DNA of 43,886 bases from an uncultured Clostridia bacterium (GTDB taxonomy: Bacteria; Bacillota; Clostridia; TANB77; CAG-508): NCBI GenBank assembly GCA_944393275.1, contig CALXZQ010000002.1:1-43886 (forward strand). Reading direction: 5' to 3'. Every line of letters begins with the position of its first letter. Position 1 is the stretch's first letter. Shown here in pieces: positions 43,189 through 43,886 of the stretch. The notes beneath the pieces were generated by a model that was not told the DNA's origin, searched no databases, and worked only from the letters and a program-made list of their open reading frames with translations. Both the position numbers and the translations under genes were made by a program.

Positions 43189-43886
43189 CTAATTAATTTC
43201 ATCTCTTGATTCCAATTCCTCATCTGGTATAATTTCTATTTGCTTATATTCTTCGACATTAGGTACTACTAAATCTTCATCTGTCACGGTATTAAATTCA
43301 ATAGAATGTTCAGACATTCCATTATAAGTATTTGAAGTATTAGTTGAAATACTTCTTAAAGGAATACCTGTATCTTTATCAATATATTGAATGTTATTAC
43401 CAAAGCTAAATTTTTCTGAATTAACTATACTACTAGGTATTATTCTATAACATTCTTTTCCATTTATAATTTCTGTATTTATTCTTGAAAAGATACTTCT
43501 TAACAAGATCTCTGAAAAGTTCTGTTTTTCTGGCACTAGCAGATCTTCAAATTTATTGTAATCCGTAGTAAAATAAACCTTAGTATTTGACACATCATCT
43601 TCACTATACCAATATGTCTTTTGTCCATCATAATACAAAATCATATCTATAGGATAAATAACTTTATGGTTATTTTTATCATAGACAGAACATATATACA
43701 TATACTTATCATCTTTTCTATAAATTTCTTGTGAATAAATAGCATCTTCTGAATAGCCATCAATTCTATAATGATAATTATTAGCTTCTCTTACATTATA
43801 TAATTTTTCATAACAATTTGATAAAATTAAGTATTTTCTTGTTGTAGAAACAGTAAATGTGATTATAACAAGGAGTAGAATAAATA
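43189..43886 (-). CDS. Membrane-anchored protein with LolA-like/DUF4367-like ectodomain, 5' end outside window
   Basis: The frame stays open to the window edge upstream of the track Met (…LLLVIITFTVSTTRKYL… is a TM helix). A beta-rich ectodomain follows. Confidence 0.45.
   Translation of the reverse strand, partial: FILLLVIITFTVSTTRKYLILSNCYEKLYNVREANNYHYRIDGYSEDAIYSQEIYRKDDKYMYICSVYDKNNHKVIYPIDMILYYDGQKTYWYSEDDVSNTKVYFTTDYNKFEDLLVPEKQNFSEILLRSIFSRINTEIINGKECYRIIPSSIVNSEKFSFGNNIQYIDKDTGIPLRSISTNTSNTYNGMSEHSIEFNTVTDEDLVVPNVEEYKQIEIIPDEELESRDEIN

Noticed and set aside
1-43886. Search for CRISPR arrays, tRNA/rRNA genes, IS elements, integrase/recombinase genes and reverse transcriptases.
   Set aside because: I could see no regularly spaced repeats, no GC-rich cloverleaf-sized segments, no transposase- or integrase-like ORFs and no terminal inverted repeats. 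In particular, no element-borne tRNA that could read CGG is visible.

Overview
This window is an AT-rich (about one quarter G+C by eye) Clostridia-type conjugative element, either a plasmid or an ICE. No integrase or classical relaxase is present in the window. All credible genes but one lie on the minus strand.

In transcription order, right to left:
- a junction of gene remnants (SASP fragment, ABC-ATPase fragment) next to an ECF sigma
- a phage-type replisome organiser
- a Gram-positive T4SS (VirB2-, PrgI/VirB3-, VirB4-, VirB6-like proteins and an M23 wall hydrolase)
- a sortase plus Cna-B and thioester-type adhesins
- SpoVG-like and RusA-like proteins
- a Replic_Relax-like protein and a VirD4-type coupling protein (T4CP)
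- an S1-domain protein
- one foreign high-GC gene on the plus strand (secreted SH3b-repeat protein)
- a Spo0A-like regulator with a degenerate receiver
- three tandem ECF sigma/anti-sigma pairs
- a Big_2/SH3/C39-like surface peptidase
- a leading-region-like block (DUF4313-like, Rad50/SbcC-like ATPase, DUF3846-like, ribosomal protein S6 paralogue, SSB, PcfK/PcfJ-like, ArdC-like)
- a sigma factor fused to the anti-sigma ectodomain
- a Y-family polymerase/YolD pair

Main discovery candidate: every in-frame CGG codon I could find in the native genes lies exactly where the recognisable protein continues in the +1 frame (NNN-C-GGW). There are nine such sites in five transfer or replication genes, three each in the T4CP and VirB4 ATPases. 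This points to CGG-dependent +1 recoding, or to a very specific artefact.

Second candidate: six copies of a TGAAAC-N17-GCTCTA-type promoter link the sigma paralogues, the Spo0A-like gene and the surface peptidase into one putative regulon.

Coordinates were derived by hand and cross-checked by codon arithmetic against the ORF track. Small offsets in non-coding motifs are possible.
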